From assembly GCA_964016885.1 (NCBI GenBank), contig OZ024742.1:207204001-207268000 (forward strand): a stretch of 64,000 nt of DNA. The letters are read 5' to 3'. The notes below the pieces were generated by a model that saw only the letters and a list, made by a program, of their open reading frames with translations, was not told where the DNA came from and ran no database searches. The translations under genes and the position numbers were made by a program. Of the stretch, positions 61,261-64,000 are shown in pieces (position 1 is the stretch's first letter; each line of letters starts with the position of its first letter). Source of the stretch: Eledone cirrhosa (Eukaryota).

Positions 61261-62874
61261 TTGAGTATAATAGATCTATGCAATTTGCTCTGTTGTAGAC
61301 TAAGATTTCAGTGCTTGTTCTGCCTTCACATCCTATTAAGATTAAATTGTCACACTATTTGCTGCTATCTCTAGGTCTAAAATTCGAGCTGCAAATTCCA
61401 AACGTTAACAATATATGAGGAAACACAGCTGTTCTGCAGAAGCCCGCAATCTACAATTGTTGGAGACACTTCTTGGTATTAACGTCGTTACTCGACTTTC
61501 AAGAAGCAGGAAAATCTCCTTGAAATCACACACTGTCCCTTTTAAAAAACGTAAAGTACCCATTAAATAAGGTAAACTTAGAAAGCACTTAAAATATCGG
61601 TTTGGTATAACTCGAATGCCTGTGACTTAATAAGGGCTGCCTTGTGACTACATAACAGCAATAGAAATAATACCATAATACCTGACACATTCACATTGTG
61701 TCAGTTGTAATTACTGTTACCGACATATCTAGCATATTGGACTTATGTGTTGCTTCCAAATATTTACTTAGTTAATTTTGTGATCTTAAACAACGACAAT
61801 TGTAATAAAAAGAACAACTGTTAGAACAAGTTGATAGGCATTACAACAAGAAAACCTCTATGAGGGTCACACGCTACAATATATGTAGCAGCCAAACCTC
61901 CCGTGAAACACGCCATACTTTCTTTATGAAAACCGAAGCTACATTAAAGAATTTAGTGTCTGGTATACAAGAAAGGACAAGATAGTCATGGCTGGAACAC
62001 TTTCGATCGGAGGTCGCTTGGTCAGCGCTGAGCTGGGATTAGACAATAATAGTAACAGTGTTGTACTTGATATCTGCAAAGAAATCGGTTGCATCCATTA
62101 GGAAAAACTTCAAGCTTACCTATGAACTACATCTGTCTCTTATGTTTTGAATCATAAACTGAACCATTGCAACGTGGACCGGTGTCGGCTATCTATCAAC
62201 TTTGCTATACTCCAGACATAACATGTACCTAATCATAACATTCACATAATTTATGGTATGATATACGACTATGCCAGACATAACATACATATAATTGATG
62301 AACAATAACCTTGAGAGCATCATTCAATGATGACAATTCAACCTCTATTTGAACATGTAATTAATTCCGTGTGTCTCGTAAGACGAAGATCTCTATCTGG
62401 AAATTTCTTGCTCAACGCACAAGACTAAGAAAGGTTTTGTGCGTGTGTACAGAAAACCAGTAAATGCCCATGCATGCAAGTAACTTGATTTTACGCGGCC
62501 AACTTTGTCCAAAAGAGAAGTAAAAACCAATACAGCTTGGAACCAGTGTCGTTTCAAACTTTGTCATCACATCACAAATGGCTCGAAGCGATACCAAAAT
62601 GTATCTTATTCGGCGTTCTAATAATTCAACATATCCAAAGCCTGGGATTGATACCTTATTTATGGACTCCAAAAGGATAAACGGCAAATTTAAATTCGGC
62701 ACTATTTCCTCTAGGTAACACTTAAACTCACAGCGTACAGATTCAAAACAAATAACGTGGCTCGTTAAATCTGACACTCTAAGGACTTAGCCAATTCATT
62801 GTATTCATCATGAACATCAAACAAACAACTAAACTAATCCAAACTGCTACAACTGCTACACCTCACAAAATCTG

Positions 62875-63500
<626 letters not shown>

Positions 63501-63683
63501 CCACACACAAACACACACCGAATAGCTTTACCTACGTAACTGCAGATATTTAAACTGAATATGCAACTGCGACAATCTCACCGATCAGAAATCGCCGTTA
63601 AAGATTAAAGGTGCAGCCCAACCTTCTTTTACTATCACACACAAATACAAACGTGCGCACTCAAACAACCACACATACATACA

Positions 63684-63779
<96 letters not shown>

Positions 63780-63790
63780 TATATATATAT

Positions 63791-63928
63791 AACGAAGGAA
63801 ATATGGTAAGGAACCAGGTGGACCATAACGCACCAAAGTACTCAATACTTAGGGTAGTAGAGTGGGTAATAGGAACGAGTAGGACGCCGACGGCTGAGCT
63901 CAAGCCGTTTCGACGGCTAATTCTCCGA

Positions 63929-63931
<3 letters not shown>
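63791..63931 (-). repeat. Short repeat between (TA)n tracts carrying a hammerhead-like 3' half
   Basis: Minus: UAGCCGUC GAAA CGGCU-UGAGCUC-AGCCG UC; homologous to 39233-39273. Confidence 0.45.
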
Positions 63932-63964
<33 letters not shown>

Positions 63965-64000
63965 GATGGCTGCCCCCTCGTTATCAAGTATCGTCATTGC

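Overview
Repeat-saturated, AT-rich animal genomic DNA. The SINE and microsatellite landscape resembles a cephalopod/mollusc genome, but that is inference only. I found no host protein-coding gene. 1-3.7 kb: two R4/Dong-like RLE-type non-LTR retrotransposon pieces on the minus strand. 3.7-25.1 kb: head-to-tail array of Tx1/L1-clade LINEs (three near full-length, one diverged and truncated) separated by (TTA)n tracts; two have open ORF2s. Copy 1 joins a nearly identical ORF2 to a clearly different 5'UTR/ORF1. 25-39 kb: Penelope-like elements (RT + GIY-YIG), a decayed RTE LINE and several non-coding elements embedded in (TA)n. These non-coding elements carry hand-folded type I hammerhead ribozyme motifs from several unrelated sequence families: two with intact cores, the others with core substitutions. 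Two families are ~430-440 bp partial tandem units with ATGCAAAT octamers (retrozyme-like). 40-49 kb: two decayed Helitron Rep/Hel genes and a non-autonomous Helitron. 51-57 kb: Tx1 fragments, tRNA-derived SINEs and nested fold-backs. 57-64 kb: simple and G-rich satellites and decayed repeats. All alignments and RNA folds were done by eye; element boundaries are approximate.
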